Shown: piece after piece, positions 62,993 through 64,000 of the stretch
Numbering within the stretch: position 1 is the stretch's first letter
Layout: each line of letters begins with the position of its first letter
From: Alphaproteobacteria bacterium
GTDB taxonomy: Bacteria; Pseudomonadota; Alphaproteobacteria; MPNO01; UBA830
Assembly (NCBI GenBank): GCA_965243135.1
Contig: OZ251539.1
Coordinates: forward strand, 5,376,001-5,440,000
DNA: 64,000 bases
Reading direction: 5' to 3'
Notes under the pieces: generated by a model
Told to the model about the DNA's origin: nothing
Seen by the model: only the letters and a program-made list of their open reading frames with translations
Database searches by the model: none
Translations under genes and position numbers: made by a program

Positions 62993-63415
62993 GCAAGGGT
63001 TGCGGCGTTGCGGAAACGGTTTCGGAAGGATGGCGGACGGCAGCGAATTCGGAGCCTGCGGCGTGGCCGCCGATGCGCGAAGCGAATCGGCAGGACATCG
63101 GGGTGAGGAAGAGCTGCAAACGGAGGTCGCCATGCCAACGGCGCGTCTGCGGCGACGCCGCGAGCGCGAGAATTTCGCCGACGGCTTCGTGCGGGCCGGC
63201 GCGAGCGGCCGCTATCCGCAGGTCGCTTTTTTCAAACTCGCCGAAGGAACGAGCGCAAACCCGGTACAATTCGCAACCCTCTCTGCGCGGATTGGTTTCC
63301 TGACGGCATTCGCCGGCGAATCGTGAGCTCGTCTCTTTCATTTCCGGGCGAACGCCGGAACCCATAACGGAATCCGCACGGCAGGTTCCGGCAACGCTTG
63401 ACGGAAGAGCATCGC

Positions 63416-64000
63416 ATGAAGATTTCGGGCATCGATTTTCCTCCTGGGCTGATGAAGGCGCTCCGCGACGGCCGGCTGGTCATCTTTGCCGGGGCGGGGG
63501 TTTCGATGGGGGAACCGGCCTGGCTTCCGAACTTCAAGAAACTGGCGGCGCAAGTGGCGCGAGAGACCGGCAAGAAGCCGGAGGAAGGCGAGACGGAAGA
63601 CCGCTTCCTGGGACGGCTTCGGCAAGACGGCGATAAGGTCCACGACCTTGTCGTTCGGATCCTGAAAGAGAACGGCAGCAGCCTAGTGCCCACCGATCTG
63701 CATCGCGATTTACTTCGGCTTTATCCAGATCCTGGATCGGTGCGGGTCGTCACCACCAATTTCGATCTACTGTTCGAGCGTGCTGCCGAGGCTATCTTCA
63801 AGCAACCGCCGACGATCTATACGGCACCGACCCTGCCGCCCGGGCGGGAATTTGACGGAATTGTCCACATCCATGGATCGGTAGACCGACCCGGGAGCAT
63901 CGTGCTTACGGACGAAGATTTCGGACGCGCCTATCTCACCAAAGGATGGGCACGGCGGTTTCTCGTCGAGATGTTCGCCGAGTTCACGGTTCTCTTCGTC
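63416..64000 (+). CDS. SIR2-domain defence protein, DSR1-like (partial, runs off window)
   Basis: Manual translation MKISGIDFP..L..ALRDGRLVIFAGAGVSMG...LP.F, VVTTNFDLLFE, VHIHGSV, VLTDEDFGRAYL..GWA.RF. Confidence 0.88.
   Translation, partial: MKISGIDFPPGLMKALRDGRLVIFAGAGVSMGEPAWLPNFKKLAAQVARETGKKPEEGETEDRFLGRLRQDGDKVHDLVVRILKENGSSLVPTDLHRDLLRLYPDPGSVRVVTTNFDLLFERAAEAIFKQPPTIYTAPTLPPGREFDGIVHIHGSVDRPGSIVLTDEDFGRAYLTKGWARRFLVEMFAEFTVLFV

Overview
This is a GC-rich window, probably from an alphaproteobacterium (inferred from RepC, TRAP and BCCT content). It has no rRNA, tRNA or canonical CRISPR array. Positions 1-17.4 kb hold the 5' end of a UvrD-like helicase, decayed toxin-antitoxin modules and catabolic/uptake genes (alkyl sulfatase, Gfo/Idh/MocA, DctP, BCCT, fused TRAP permease, beta-hydroxyacid dehydrogenase), plus an ABC-ATPase split by an IS4 element. 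From ~17.36 kb, where the TRAP permease loses its N-terminus, there is a large integrated element/defence island. It starts with a solitary repC, a ctRNA-like antisense unit and a large serine recombinase. It then carries Mrr-like, Sel1, trypsin-like, HigBA and ArdC genes (one intact ardC, two fragments) and many IS elements. It ends in a defence cluster: ART/DarT-like protein, PLD nuclease plus GHKL ATPase, dndD tail plus dndE, SBD-HNH, an HTH-nuclease-STAND protein, a SmaI-like R-M pair, a PD-(D/E)XK nuclease and a DSR1-like sirtuin. Main observations: (1) a 36-bp duplication flanks a 39-bp foreign insert inside a gene, resembling ectopic Cas1-Cas2 spacer integration; (2) swapped target-site duplications show a ~15-kb inversion between two ISKra4 copies, which splits an ART-fold gene; (3) three distinct IS elements (two IS4-family, one IS66) each carry a DUF4338 (DruA-like) domain; (4) a phosphorothioate locus has collapsed next to a PT-binding HNH and a GHKL-ATPase/PLD pair. 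Family assignments come from motif recognition by eye, not database searches. Some frameshifts may be assembly errors.
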